Below, one piece after another: positions 19,508-32,300 of a stretch of 64,000 nucleotides of DNA. The DNA comes from Thermoplasmatota archaeon (lineage in GTDB: Archaea > Thermoplasmatota > Penumbrarchaeia > JANQNL01): positions 1,327-65,326 of the forward strand of contig JANQNL010000003.1 in NCBI GenBank assembly GCA_028279585.1, read 5' to 3'. How positions within the stretch are numbered: position 1 is the first letter of the stretch; each line of letters starts with the position of its first letter. The notes under the pieces are model-generated. The model was not told the origin of the DNA. It ran no database searches and saw only the letters and a program-made list of their open reading frames with translations. Position numbers and translations under genes: made by a program.

Positions 19508-20437
19508 ATGGACGCCGGAATCACTCCCCAGCTCATCGAGGACATCACCGTCGAGATCCTCCGAAGAGCCTTGACCACCATCCCCTCTGATGTAGTGGAC
19601 GCCCTCTCCAGGGCCTATGAGGCAGAGACCGAGAACGTCCCCAAAATGCAGCTTGCCGCGATACTGGAGAACATCAGTGTCGCCTCCTCCAAGGGCATCC
19701 CGATATGCCAGGACACCGGAACTCCCACATTCTACGTGAACATGGGCGAGGAGATGGAGATGGACCTCAACGTCTTCATCGACGCTGTCCAGAAGGGTGT
19801 GGCCAGAGCTACGAACGAGGTGCCGATGCGGCCGAATGCGGTCCATCCCATTACCAACGAGAACCCTGGCAACAATATCGGTAAACTGATGCCTTACATC
19901 GTGTTCAACGTGCTTCCAGGAGCACACTTCATCGAGATCACAGCCTTCCCGCGAGGAGCGGGGTCCGAGAACATGACCGTTCTGAAGATGCTGTCCCCGT
20001 CCCAGGGGATGGAAGGTGTGAAGAGGGCTGTTGTCGAGGCCATGGCCAGTGCTGCAGGCAACCCCTGTCCCCCAGGCATCATCGGCATCGGTCTTGGCGG
20101 AGATTCATATCTTGCTTTGAAGCTTGCCAAGAGGGCTGTGATGAGGCCTATCATGGACTCCAATCCTGACCCAGAGATCGCCAAGCTCGAGGATGAGCTT
20201 TATGAAGCGATAAACTCGCTTGGGACAGGACCGATGGGACTTGGTGGCAAGACGTCCACTCTGGCTGTCAAGGTTGACTACGCCTACTGTCACACAGCGT
20301 CCTTACCGCTCGCTATCGCCTTTCAGTGCTGGGCATCCAGACACTGCACTGCCCGGGTCCACAGCTCCGGGACAGTTGTCTATCTCGATTATCCATCCGA
20401 TTACGGCTCTGAGGCCATAAGGGAGGTGAACCGTTGA
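19508..20437 (+). CDS. fumA: Class I fumarate hydratase (Fe-S hydro-lyase), alpha subunit
   Basis: Fe-S hydro-lyase tartrate/fumarate alpha family (CQDTGTP). It is followed by a beta subunit with an overlapping start. Confidence 0.85.
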   Translation: MDAGITPQLIEDITVEILRRALTTIPSDVVDALSRAYEAETENVPKMQLAAILENISVASSKGIPICQDTGTPTFYVNMGEEMEMDLNVFIDAVQKGVARATNEVPMRPNAVHPITNENPGNNIGKLMPYIVFNVLPGAHFIEITAFPRGAGSENMTVLKMLSPSQGMEGVKRAVVEAMASAAGNPCPPGIIGIGLGGDSYLALKLAKRAVMRPIMDSNPDPEIAKLEDELYEAINSLGTGPMGLGGKTSTLAVKVDYAYCHTASLPLAIAFQCWASRHCTARVHSSGTVVYLDYPSDYGSEAIREVNR

Positions 20438-21015
20438 CGGTCCTTTCCCCCCCGGTCGCAGCCGAGGCTGTCAAAGAGCTCTCTGTGGGAGATGTGGTCT
20501 ACGTCTCCGGCATCATCGCTACCCTGCGTGACGAGGGCCACATGAAAGCTTTGGAAGCGGGAGCACTTCCGTTCGACCTCAACGGAGGTATACTCTACCA
20601 CTGCGGCCCTCTCATTGTTGGAGAGGGCTCGGACAGGAAGGTCCTTGCCGCTGGCCCAACAACCTCGTCCCGCATGGAGGACCTGGAGCCTGAGTTCATC
20701 ACCAAGTTTGGTGTCCGCGTGGTCATCGGAAAGGGGGGCATGGGTCCCAAGGTCATTGAGGCCATGAAGGAGAACTCATGCGTCTACCTTGCCATGCCTG
20801 GTGGCTGTGCGGCTGTAGCTGCCGATGCCGTGACCAGGATAGTGGACGTCCACTGGGAGGAGCTCGGTATGCCCGAGGCTCTATGGGTGTTCGAGGTGGA
20901 GAAGCTTGGACCACTGGTCGTAGCTATCGATGCCAAAGGCTCAAGTCTGTATCAGATCTCGGAGGATACGGTACAGGAGAACCTGGAGAGGATCGAGAAG
21001 GGATGGTCGCCGTAG
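20434..21015 (+). CDS. fumB: Class I fumarate hydratase, beta subunit (TTG start overlapping the fumA stop)
   Basis: GDVVYVSGIIATLRDEGH...GPTTSSRME...VVIGKGGMG. Confidence 0.8.
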   Translation: MTVLSPPVAAEAVKELSVGDVVYVSGIIATLRDEGHMKALEAGALPFDLNGGILYHCGPLIVGEGSDRKVLAAGPTTSSRMEDLEPEFITKFGVRVVIGKGGMGPKVIEAMKENSCVYLAMPGGCAAVAADAVTRIVDVHWEELGMPEALWVFEVEKLGPLVVAIDAKGSSLYQISEDTVQENLERIEKGWSP

Positions 21016-21051
21016 AAAGGCTTTGAAAAATTACTGATAAGAATCGATATT

Positions 21052-21112
21052 CAGAACTGTTATAGCACTAGAATTCTAGTTCTGGATATCGACCCCTTCT
21101 TCTCCCTTTTTC
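21052..21112. terminator. Hairpin (CAGAACT...AGTTCTG enclosing the 12-bp palindrome CTAGAATTCTAG) plus a T5 tract between convergent genes
   Basis: Read from the sequence. Confidence 0.35.
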
Positions 21113-21178
21113 GAAGCCTGCCGGAGGTTGACCATCTATTTTCGGGTACATTGATGGAGGGTGCCAATTATTGAATAT

Positions 21179-22174
21179 TTACAATCGTTTCACTACAGCG
21201 TCTGCGAACTCCTGTGTCCCAAGGCTCCCACCCTGGTCCTTCGTAACTTCCTTTGCAGCATAGCATTCACGCAGCGCAGCCTCTATCTGCTCAGCAAGAC
21301 CGACCTTGTCCTGATGCTTCAGCATCATGGCCGCAGAGAGCATGGTCGCTGTCGGATTGGCGATGCCCTTGCCCGCGATGTCGGGGGCCGATCCGTGCAC
21401 TGGCTCGAAGAACGAATGGACCTCTCCGATGTTCCCGGACGGCGCCAATCCCAATCCACCAACAAGACCTGCAGCCTCGTCAGATAGGATGTCTCCGTAC
21501 AGGTTCGTGGTCACGACAACATCGAACCGAGCTGGGTCTGTGATAATGAACATCGCAGCTGCATCAACGAAAAGCTCATCCGTTCGCAGCTTGGGAAACC
21601 GCTGCGAGACCTCACCGAACGTCTTCCTGAACGCCCCATCCGTCACCTGCATCACGTTCGCCTTATGAACACAAGTTACCTTCTTGCGAGCATTGTCCCT
21701 GGCATAGGTGAACGCGAACCTACAGATCCGCTTCATCCCCAAGTCGGAGTATCGCCGCTCGGCAACATAGGCCTTGGTCCCGTCCTCCAGCTCCTCCACC
21801 CGCTCTTCCCCCACGTACAATCCCTCGGTGTTCTCCCGAACGATCACCATGTCTGGGCCATCCCCTACGATAGGCTTGACCGGGCGCAGGTTCGCATACA
21901 GGTCGAGCTTCTGCCGGAGCATCGGGACCACTGGCCTGTAACCCGGAGTGCCTGCTGGTGCGGACTGCACAGCCCCAAGGAGGCACGAGTCCGCCTCCAT
22001 TATCCCGTTGACGGTCTCATCCGGTAGGAACTGCCCTGTGTCCTTGTTGCACTGCAGTCCTGCCTTAAGCTCGATGAGCTCGATATCCGGGACCAGCGCC
22101 ACGAGGACCTTGACGGTTGCTTGGACTACCTCTGGCCCTACGCCGTCGCCTTCGACCAAAGCTATGCGCATCAT
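21179..22174 (-). CDS. Isocitrate/3-isopropylmalate dehydrogenase family (NAD(P)-dependent beta-decarboxylating dehydrogenase)
   Basis: IALVEGDGVGPEV...GSAPDIAGKGIANP. Cannot distinguish ICDH, LeuB or homoisocitrate dehydrogenase by eye. Confidence 0.8.
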   Translation of the reverse strand: MMRIALVEGDGVGPEVVQATVKVLVALVPDIELIELKAGLQCNKDTGQFLPDETVNGIMEADSCLLGAVQSAPAGTPGYRPVVPMLRQKLDLYANLRPVKPIVGDGPDMVIVRENTEGLYVGEERVEELEDGTKAYVAERRYSDLGMKRICRFAFTYARDNARKKVTCVHKANVMQVTDGAFRKTFGEVSQRFPKLRTDELFVDAAAMFIITDPARFDVVVTTNLYGDILSDEAAGLVGGLGLAPSGNIGEVHSFFEPVHGSAPDIAGKGIANPTATMLSAAMMLKHQDKVGLAEQIEAALRECYAAKEVTKDQGGSLGTQEFADAVVKRL

Positions 22175-22227
22175 CAAAGGGGGAATTACCTATCAGGTAT
22201 AAATGGGAGTCGAACCTTCAGGCCAGC

Positions 22228-22965
22228 ATGGACCGCGAAGAGTACTTCATGGAGCTTTACGGCACTCTACCCAGAGCAGGACCAGGCGATAGCAACTCCA
22301 CAAGACGGGCGTTCGAGCAGCTTAAGCTCGTCGACGAACCGAAGATCCTCGACGTAGGATGCGGTCCGGGCGTGCAGACCGTGGACCTCCTCAAGATGAC
22401 CAAAGGCACGGTTGTAGCTCTTGACTTTTACCAGATCATGCTCGATAGGACCAAGGCCCTCGCCGAGAAGGAAGGTGTAGCAGATAGGCTTGTGACCACT
22501 CAAGGTGACATGACCGACATGGATTGGAAGCTGGAAAGTTTCGATGTGGTCTGGTCAGAAGGAGCGATCTACATCATAGGTTTTAGACGTGGTCTTGAGG
22601 TCTTCAAGTCGTTCCTCCGACCTGGAGGATATCTCGTAGCAAGCGAAGCTGTATGGCTCAAGCCAGACCCGCCGCACGAGGTCAAGGTCTTCTGGGATGA
22701 GTACCCAGAGATAGACTTCGCAGACGAGAAGCTCAAGATAGCAGAGGACCTCGGTTACCATTACGTGGACCACTTCATCTTACCTCACTCATCGTGGACC
22801 ACCCCCTACTACAACCACCTCGTCATCAAGGTCGAGGAGAAGGAGGAGGAGTGGAAGGGCATACCTGAGGCCGAGGACGTCCTGGTCGAGGCTAGGAACG
22901 AGCTTGCAGTGTTCGAAAAGTATGCAGAGTATTACTCCTACGCGTTCTTCATCTTGAGAAAGTGA
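22228..22965 (+). CDS. Class I SAM-dependent methyltransferase
   Basis: ILDVGCGPGVQT motif I. The ORF-track start at 22117 overlaps the opposite-strand dehydrogenase. I prefer the ATG at 22228. Confidence 0.7.
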   Translation: MDREEYFMELYGTLPRAGPGDSNSTRRAFEQLKLVDEPKILDVGCGPGVQTVDLLKMTKGTVVALDFYQIMLDRTKALAEKEGVADRLVTTQGDMTDMDWKLESFDVVWSEGAIYIIGFRRGLEVFKSFLRPGGYLVASEAVWLKPDPPHEVKVFWDEYPEIDFADEKLKIAEDLGYHYVDHFILPHSSWTTPYYNHLVIKVEEKEEEWKGIPEAEDVLVEARNELAVFEKYAEYYSYAFFILRK

Positions 22966-23346
22966 TCATTTCCTATAGGTCTTGATCCACAGGATGTGGC
23001 AGGTAACGCCTACTCCTACGACAAGTAGTAGGAGTCTTATTTCAAGTATGTCCGTGAACAGGAACGCAGATACTCCCAGTGTTGCCCACAACAAGGCTAG
23101 TGTGATGATCTTGTTCCTGACCCTCATGCCCTTGCGTTCAAGATAGTTCCGCAGGTACTCTCCACAGAGCTTGTTGTTGAGCAACCACTTGTACATCTTC
23201 TCCGAGCTACGGACATAACAGAGAGCTGCAAGGATGAGGAACGGAGTGGTGGGAAGCAGAGGGAGGAAGATGCCTAGGATGCCTAGACCTAGACATATCG
23301 TTCCTGCTATGAGGAGGATGACCTTGAGAGGCTTCAGAGCCATCAT
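22966..23346 (-). CDS. Small membrane protein, DUF454/YbaN-like
   Basis: 126 aa with four predicted TM segments and a YbaN-like pattern. Confidence 0.55.
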   Translation of the reverse strand: MMALKPLKVILLIAGTICLGLGILGIFLPLLPTTPFLILAALCYVRSSEKMYKWLLNNKLCGEYLRNYLERKGMRVRNKIITLALLWATLGVSAFLFTDILEIRLLLLVVGVGVTCHILWIKTYRK

Positions 23347-23380
23347 AGCTTGGAATGGACTGGTGGTTTATGGACTTTGG

Positions 23381-26300
23381 TCAATCCTCTTCCTCAGTGC
23401 TCCATACCTCATCCCCATCCTCATCGATTGACTCAAGCTCTGCAAGTTCCTCTTCGAACTCCTCTTCCGGTGTTAGCTCTTGTAGTTCCTCATCCATATC
23501 CTCATCTGGAAGGTCATCCCATCCTTCATCCTCGGGATCCAATACTTCTACTTCGATAGGTTCGACCTTTGGCATGTCCTCTTCATCTTCCTCCACCTCC
23601 TCCTCTTCCTCGACCTCATCCGGTTCAGAGGCTTCCTCTTGATCTTGGGACATGCGGCTTCTGACGAACAGGAGCGCAACGATAGCGACCAGTATCAAGA
23701 CCAAGATCGCCACGATGATAAGGATGATGTTCGCGGTTCCCAGGTCTGAACTGGAACCACTACCTGGGTCCTTCTCGATGATCGGTAATGTATAATCTGC
23801 ATCGCCTGTTTCATTGACCGTCAGAGTGAAGAAATAGTCACCGACCGGTGCCTTGATGGTCACATCATATGTTCCGGGTTCCAATCCCTCGAACGTCACA
23901 TGGCCGTCATCGTTGGTGGTCTCTTCCGTTCCATCATCCAGTATCATTACGATACCATCTGCTGGTTCTCCATCCTCGTACACCAAGGGTCCTACATCAA
24001 TATCGTATGTAGGTGTAATCCCATCCCAGACCTTGACAGTAAAGTTGAGGATATCAGTACCACCCCGACCATCGGCCACTGTTAGCTCCACCCAATATGT
24101 TCCAATGTCTGCTTGGGTAGGAATACCTACGATCCTTCCAGTCTCGATGTCCAACCACCCTGCGTTCGTTCTCAATGACCAGGTCAATGTATCCCCGTCA
24201 AGGTCCGTCGCGATCAGGCTCTCGATATACATCTCGTCATAAACGACCATCGTAGATGGGTCCATGTCAATGATCGGGTCCTCGTTGGGTTCTGGGACGT
24301 CAATGACATTGATAGTGAACGTCTGTGTATGGAACTCATCTCCATCGGTGACGTTCACAATGACGATATGCTCTCCCACTTGGTCTTTCGTCGGTGTCCA
24401 TGTGATAGCGCCTGTTGCTCCATTGATGTTCATTCCTGCCGGAGCGCTATCGAATGAGAATGTCAGGACGTCCCCGTGAATGAGATCATCATCGATTGCG
24501 GTCACATTGTATGTGTACTTCACAAGTTCTGTAGCGTTGAGGACAGGTGTGCTGACGATCGACGGTGGGTCGTTCGTGTTCTCGACGGTCAAGGTAAAGT
24601 TCTCAACTGTCTGCCCACCTAATCCATCGCTCACCTGTATCTCTACCCAGTAGGAGCCTACATCATTGTTGAGAGGAGTTCCACTGAGTACCCTTGTTCC
24701 TGCGTCAAAGCCCAACCATCCTGCATTGCTGTCCATGGACCAGGTCAAGCTGTCACCTGTTGGATCAGGGTCTGTTGCAGAGTATGTGACGGAGTATAAT
24801 GTGTCCTCGTAGGCAGTATCAACATGGTCTGTATCGATGACAGGACCATCATTGGCATTTGATACTTCTATCGAGAAGTTTGTGAAGGATGAACCACCCT
24901 TCTCATCAGACACGGTGACATTGGCCCAGACGGACCCAACATCGTCGTTGGTCGGTGTTCCCGAGAGGACTCCGGTGTTGAGGTCGATATCGAGCCAATC
25001 CGCTTCTGTATGGAGAGACCATGTCAAAGTATCACCGGTAGGATCGATGTCGTGAGCCTCGTAATCGACGGAATACTCAACGTCCTCGGTGGCTGTCTCG
25101 ACATCCACCGTATCGATGATCGGGTCGTCATTGACGTTCTCTACGGTTAGGATGAAGTATTGGAAATCGCCCGCACCAACAGTGTCGTTGACGGTAACAT
25201 TCACCCAGTATGAGCCAACCTCTGAATTAGTCGGTGTTCCAGAAAGAACCCCGCTCATGACATCGATGCTCAACCATCCCGCATTCGTATCGAGTGCCCA
25301 GGTCTGCGAGTCGCTGGCATCAACATCCGTTGCATTGTAGTCGACCTCATACAGAACGTCCTCATCGGTCGTGATCTGCTCTAGGGTCGTTATTGAAGGT
25401 GCATCATTGGTGTTGAGAACGATCAGAGTGAGGTTAACAGTGTCCGTTGCATCGAACGCATCAGTGATGGTCATTTCCACCCAGAAGGTCCCAACATCAT
25501 TGTCCCCTGGAGTGCCTGATAGGACACCATCGGTCAAGGTCAACCAACCGCTCGCATTGGTCCTCAAAGACCATTGCGGGATGCCGCTCGGGACAATGGT
25601 GATATCGAAGAGGATGGTCTGGTTGTAGAACAGGTCCTCTGTGGCATCTGGTAGGGAATCAGTAAGGATCTGTGGAGGATAGTAGAACTCAAGAAGATGA
25701 TCGAAGTATGGATAGGACCTCGTGTTCTCGATGGCCCAGACATTGGTAAAGTCCCAGCCAGCTCCAGTGAACGTAGTGCTTGTCATCATCTGGGTCGTTG
25801 TCTGTCCAGTTCCACCATCACTTGCTGCCTGGCCCGACGTTTGAGTATCCCAGAAACAGTTGGTGATCGTGCCGAAATTCTCTCCGCAAAGGCCGCCTGT
25901 CAGGGTGGTTCCGGTTACCGATCCAGAGCTGTAGGCATCATCGATGGTTCCTTGGTTGCCGCCTACCAATCCACCGACCTTGTCGTTTCCGGACACATCT
26001 CCTTGAGCGTAACAGTCCTTGATGGTTCTTGTATTATTTCCTACTAAACTTCCGGTATTGTTGTTTCCAGAGACATCGCCATATGAGCAGCTGTGCTCGA
26101 TAATTGCATTGGAGTCAAAGGAGATTCCCGCCAACCCACCTACGAAGTCAATACCAGAAACATCACCAAAGTTTGTAGATGTGACAATACTTCCCCGGTC
26201 ATTCTCACCAATGATACCACCAACATTGTTCATTTCACCATCGACCGAGCCAAGGTTCGTGCAATTTGTAACATCGGAATCATAATTATAACCGATGATA

Positions 26301-29300
26301 CCGCCTACATCGTATGATGTTCCATAGATGTCATCGTGGTTCGTGCAATTGGCGAGTGTTAGGGTCCAGCCGCTACCAACAATACCAGCAACAGAAGAAT
26401 TTCCATAGACGTAACCGTAGTTGTGTGAATTGATCACTGATCCGGTACTGAAATACCCAATTATTCCACCCACAGCATTTGCGGTTCCGGTAACATTGCC
26501 ATTGTTGGTGCAATCCAAAACAGTTCGACTAGAACCATACGCACCTACGATCCCGGCACCATTCACAGATACACAGGTGATATCGCCCCAGTTAGTGCAG
26601 TTCGTGATATCCTTGTTACAATAACCGGTCATACCGCCAATATTAGAATCTCCGGAAACATTTCCAAAATTGACATTGTCTTTTAGTTCCCGGGTGGATC
26701 GGCCGGCGATACCGCCTCCATTAGAACCAGAAGAGTTGATGTCGCCATAGTTCACACATCGCTGAAGGTTTCCAGTATTAAGATAACCACAAATACCTCC
26801 GATTTGATCAACACCAGAAATGTTACCGTAATTATAGGAATTATGGATGTTACCACCACCCATTGAATGAAGACCAGAGATTCCACCGAGATAGTCTTCT
26901 CCACTAACATCGCCATAGTTGATATTGAAATTTAAGTCACCACCCCGATGCATTCCTATTATTCCACCGATCATTTCTTCACCGGATATTGTACCAAAAT
27001 TTTGATTATTAGTTGCCCAGTGACTCCCAGAAAATCGGTAAAAGTAGCCAATAATTCCTCCAACGTAGTCCTCAGTTCCTGTTACAGATGCATAGTTTGA
27101 GTTATGTTTTAGATCAGAGTTGGAGGCATATCCTGCAATCCCACCTACGTCCTCTGCTCCGTAAATTTCTCCATGATTCGAACAATTCTCAATCATTGAA
27201 TTGGAACCAAGGTATCCTACAATTCCTGCCGCATTATCCTCATCGGAAATAACAGAACCATAGTTGGAGCAATTATGGATCTCACCTGCAAAACCACCAA
27301 CAATACCACCAACCATAAAATCGGTAGCATAAATCGTACCATAGTTTATTAAACCAAAATAATAGGTGTTTTGCTGGAACCCAGAAATTCCACCGACGCT
27401 GTAATCACCAGTGACATTTCCGTGGTTCGAAGAGTTCACAACTGACGCACCATCTGCAATGCCGTTTATACCACCAGCATAAATTCCCGTCCCATTTATT
27501 ATTCCATAATTCTCACAATTGGAAATGGGAGTTCCATCATTTCCACCAATGATGCCGCCTGTGTTATGTTCACTAAAAATATAACCAAGGTTTGTACAAT
27601 TCTGGATAACACCCGTGTTAGATTGGCCAACAATTCCACCAGAGTATTCATTTCCAGAGATCATACCTTCATTTGTGCAGTTTTTGACCTGTGAAGAGAA
27701 TTGCATTCTTCCAACAAATCCTCCGACATCATCATCTCCACTTGATACATTTCCATAATTCGTGCAGTTGAAGATATAAGAATTTAAAGTAAGGAAGCCT
27801 GAAAATCCACCCAACCCCCAGTCCGTACCTCCGAACACATCGCCGTGGTTAGTCGTTTTACTGATTGTTGTTCCCTCAGCTTCACCTACGATCCCAGCAC
27901 CACGGCTGAGAGTACAATTGACATCGCCATAGTTTACACACATCTCAATGGTCGCAGAATTGGAATGCCCAACAAGCCCCCCTACATAGAATGAACTGGT
28001 TACATCTCCGTAATTGATGCAGTTGAACATAGTTTCATCACTAAAATAACCGCTTATTCCAGCGACATCTATACTGGTTCCAGTAACCAAACCTTCGTTT
28101 ACACAATTGGACAATCTTGCTTCACTACTTGATCCTGCAATACCTCCCAGATGGTGTTCCCCATCAATATTCCCGTAATTATATCCATCAATAATGTCTG
28201 ACTCCGCTACATAACCACATATTCCACCAACACTCTCCGTTCCGGTAACATTGCCATGATTGATCGGATTCTTAAGAGAACCAAAACCATCGATATACCC
28301 TGTGATACCACCGGTTGCTTCATCAGTGGCAGTTATCTCACCGTAGTTTTGAGTGTAGTTCAAGTAAATATCTTCCGAATTACCGATTATTCCAGCGGTG
28401 TATTCTACTCCATAAACATCACCATAATTGGTACAGTTCTCGATGGAAGCGACTTCGTTTCCACCAACGATTCCTCCGGACTTATAATCCCCCTTGATAG
28501 TACCATAATTGGTACAATTTCGAATATCCACCGTGTAGGCATTTGCAACAATTCCACCGGTACTTGTATCACTGTTTGTGACATCGCCATAGTTGTGGCA
28601 TCCGAAGATGTCAATGTAGTCTCCCACACCTACCAACCCACCGGTTTCATCACTTCCTTCGATATCTGCACTATTTGTACAGTTGTTAAGTACTCCATTT
28701 TCAAACAGACCAACCATCCCACCGATCAGACTATCACCTAGGATGGTACCCTCGATCGAGCTGTTGAATATAGTTCCCTCATAAAATACACCACAAAGGC
28801 CAATAAGATCATCTCCTTTGATGTAAGCATTGATCAAGTGCAGGTTCTCCAACTTTGAGTCCTGATCATTTATTTGTCCAAAGAGCCCAACACGATCCTC
28901 AGAAGGGCGGTTGATGTAAAGACCATCAACAACAAAGCCCTGACCATTCAACGAGCCAGTAAATGGAGTTGAGGTTGTTCCAACAGGTTCGAAACCATCC
29001 CCATCATACCAGAACTTTGACTCGGAAGCATCAAAACTGTTGACTATGGTGAAGTTCGCCCACAGGTAGTTCCTCATATTCTGAAGATCGAAAACGTTCT
29101 TGATCTTGAACGGATCGCCAACTGTTCCCGAACCCCCTAAGGTGGAATACGTCCCAAAGAATGGATAGGTCTCGTCCTCGAAGATGGACCAGATACCTGT
29201 GAAGTTCCAACCGGGAGTGATGAAAGTTGCCGCCTTTTGCATTAGGGCTGTTGTCTGTCCAGTTCCGCCATCACTTGTCGCTTGACCGGATGATACTGTG

Positions 29301-32300
29301 TCCCAGAAACAGTTTCGGATTGTTCCACCAGTGTTGTCACCACAGAACCCACCAAATGTACTTGATGCTGTCACAGCCCCAATGCTGTAACTTGTATTGA
29401 TGCGCCCGATATTCTCTCCAACAAAACCGCCAACGGTTGAACTTCCTGTGACCGAGCATTTTGAAAAACTGTTATCGATGGACCATTCGTTCCTTCCGGC
29501 AAATCCACCAGCAGTGTCTCCTGTCCCTGCACCTTTAACAACTGAACCAGTACTGAAACTTCGGTTGATCGATCCAAAATTCCGACCAACAAAACCACCG
29601 TATGTGCTGTTTCCAGTTATCGTTGCATCTATAGAAGCACTATTGTTGATTTCCATATTTGACCAGGCTGCAACGCCACCAATATAAATATCGCCGGTAA
29701 TGTCGCCGTAATTGAAGGAGTAATTTACCAACCCCTCACCATTTGCCTCTCCGACAACCCCGCCAATATAATCATCTCCTGAAACATCACCAAAATTATT
29801 CGAATTATAGATCGATCCTTCTATTATGATCCCGGCGATGCCCCCAAGACGATTTCCATAATAAACATCCCCATTATTATCACAATTGGAGATCTCACCA
29901 ATATCGAGATAACCGGTTATTCCACCGACACCATAATTTGCCACTATTAAGCCGTTGTTCACGGAATCAAAAACATCGCTGTCATCTTGTATACCGACAA
30001 TACCTCCAACGTAGACATCGCCTGAGATCGTGCCATAGTTGATGCAATCTATGATCTCTTGGCCATTTTCCTCACCGGCAATCCCACCAACCTCGTCATC
30101 TGCAGTAACACTTCCATAGTTCACACAATTATAGATCGAAGCGGTATTTCTGATCCGGCCAACAATACCACCAGCCTCGTCTCTGGTGGTAGAAACGTTT
30201 CCGAAGTTTACACAGCGTTCGATGGTTCCTCCACTTACATAGCCAAAAATTCCACCAACATCATCATTGTTGTGTGTTACATTCCCCCAGTTGATACAAT
30301 CCTGCCCTCCCTTGGAGTTTGACCCAGCTATCCCCCCTACTTCCTGGGCCTGACCATTGATCAGACCATAATTGGTATGGTTATTGAAGACCGATGCGGT
30401 ATTTGTTCCAACGATCCCACCAGTCGATCTTAGACCCTGGATGTGACCGTAATTTGTGCAATTGACAAATTCTGAACCTGCAAAGTAACCAACAATACCT
30501 GCGTTCCTCCAGCTGTTCCCTTTGATCGATCCATTGAATGTGCAATTCCTAAGAATGCCACCGCTTATTCTCCCTGCTAGGCCAGCTTTCTGGGAATTTG
30601 CCTCGATATCGAAATCGTCCATATGAATGTTCTGGAATACCGATGAACTGAGACCCGCGGTACCAAAAATGCCTTGATCGTTGCTCCTTGGCCTATAGAT
30701 GTTCAGGCCTGTTATTGTGTATCCCTGACCGTCCAGAGAACCCTTGAACATAGAAGAACTGGTCCCGACAGGAATGAAACCAACACCGCCATTCCAGACC
30801 TCGGTTTCTGAAGCATCAAAGCTGTTGTTAATAATATAAACTCCATTCAGGTCGTTCTCCATACCCTGGAGTTCGTAAACATTTGTGATAACATATGGGT
30901 CTCCGGCTGTTCCACTTCCAGTAGGTGTTGGATAAGTGATGAGGTCGAACATAGGACAAGTCTCGTCCTCTCTGATCATCCAGACATTTGTGAAGTCCCA
31001 GCCTTTGGCTGTAAATGTAGCCTGCATCATCATATCGTCATTCCAAGTTGCGATCCCGCCATCACTTGAACCAGTCCCGGAATTATCTCGATCAAAGAAG
31101 CAGTTTGCGGAAATGGTTCCACTGTTGTCACCGCAGAAACCGCCAACATTTGTATTTCCTAAAACAAGCCTTGTGCTGTAGGACATACTGATGGTTCCAG
31201 AGTTCTGTCCTACAAAACCACCAACAGAAGTATCACCGGTGACCTCACCCCAGGCATAAGTATTGTTGATCACTCCACTGTTGTCACCAACGAATCCACC
31301 GATACGATCATCACCGGATGCATCACCGGTAGCAGAGGAGTTTTCTATAGTGTCGCTATTTATACCTGCAAATCCACCGATCTCATCTGCCAAACCGGTT
31401 CCGGTAGCCGTCCCGGTTGCTGAACACCAGTAGATATCTCCACCATTGTATCCTATAAATCCCCCAGCCTGTGAAGAACTGGCCTGGGCATTCCCTGTTG
31501 CAGAGCAATACTTAAAGATAGCATCATCGCTCTCTCCAGCAAAACCCCCAATATAATCCGATCCGGTAGCATTACCGCTGCTTGAGCAATTCTCAATAGA
31601 TATGATCGTTTCGACATATCCAACGAATCCTGCAACATACGAAGTGCCGGATGCATCTCCTGAGCTTGTGGAATTAATGATAGACCCATAACTACCACCT
31701 ACAAAGCCACCTATGTCAGATAATCCATTTATGTCACCAGAAGCAGAACTGTTTGATATTGACCCGGAAAAGTGCAATCCAACGAAACCCCCAACATTGT
31801 CAACGCCTCCAACATCTCCGGTTGCAAAGCAATTTTCAACAGTGCCTTGGTTTTCTCCAATCAAGCCTCCAACATTACTCAAACCTGAAATATCTCCATA
31901 AGAATGGCAGTTGGTGACTGTAACGTCATTATTTACAGTTCCGGAAATACCTCCAATGCTTGATGCAGTACCAGTCATTTTTCCATAGTTATAACAGCTC
32001 CAAATTGAAGCGTTATCAAGCCTTCCAGCTATTCCACCAAGAAGTTGAGGGGAGTCTCCGTCACCATAGTTAATACAATCAAACATATCGCCAATTTGAA
32101 GCCTTCCCGCAATCCCACCAACATATTCATTACCAGAGAAGTTTCCTACATTAGTGCAGTTCCAAATATTTGATATATCATCTGCTCGACCTGCCACACC
32201 ACCAACCCATCGATCTCCGGTAAGATCGCCATAGTTTGAGGAGTTGCAAATATTAAGGTTATCTCCTTCCCCGACAATTCCACCGGTAAGATCATCTCCA

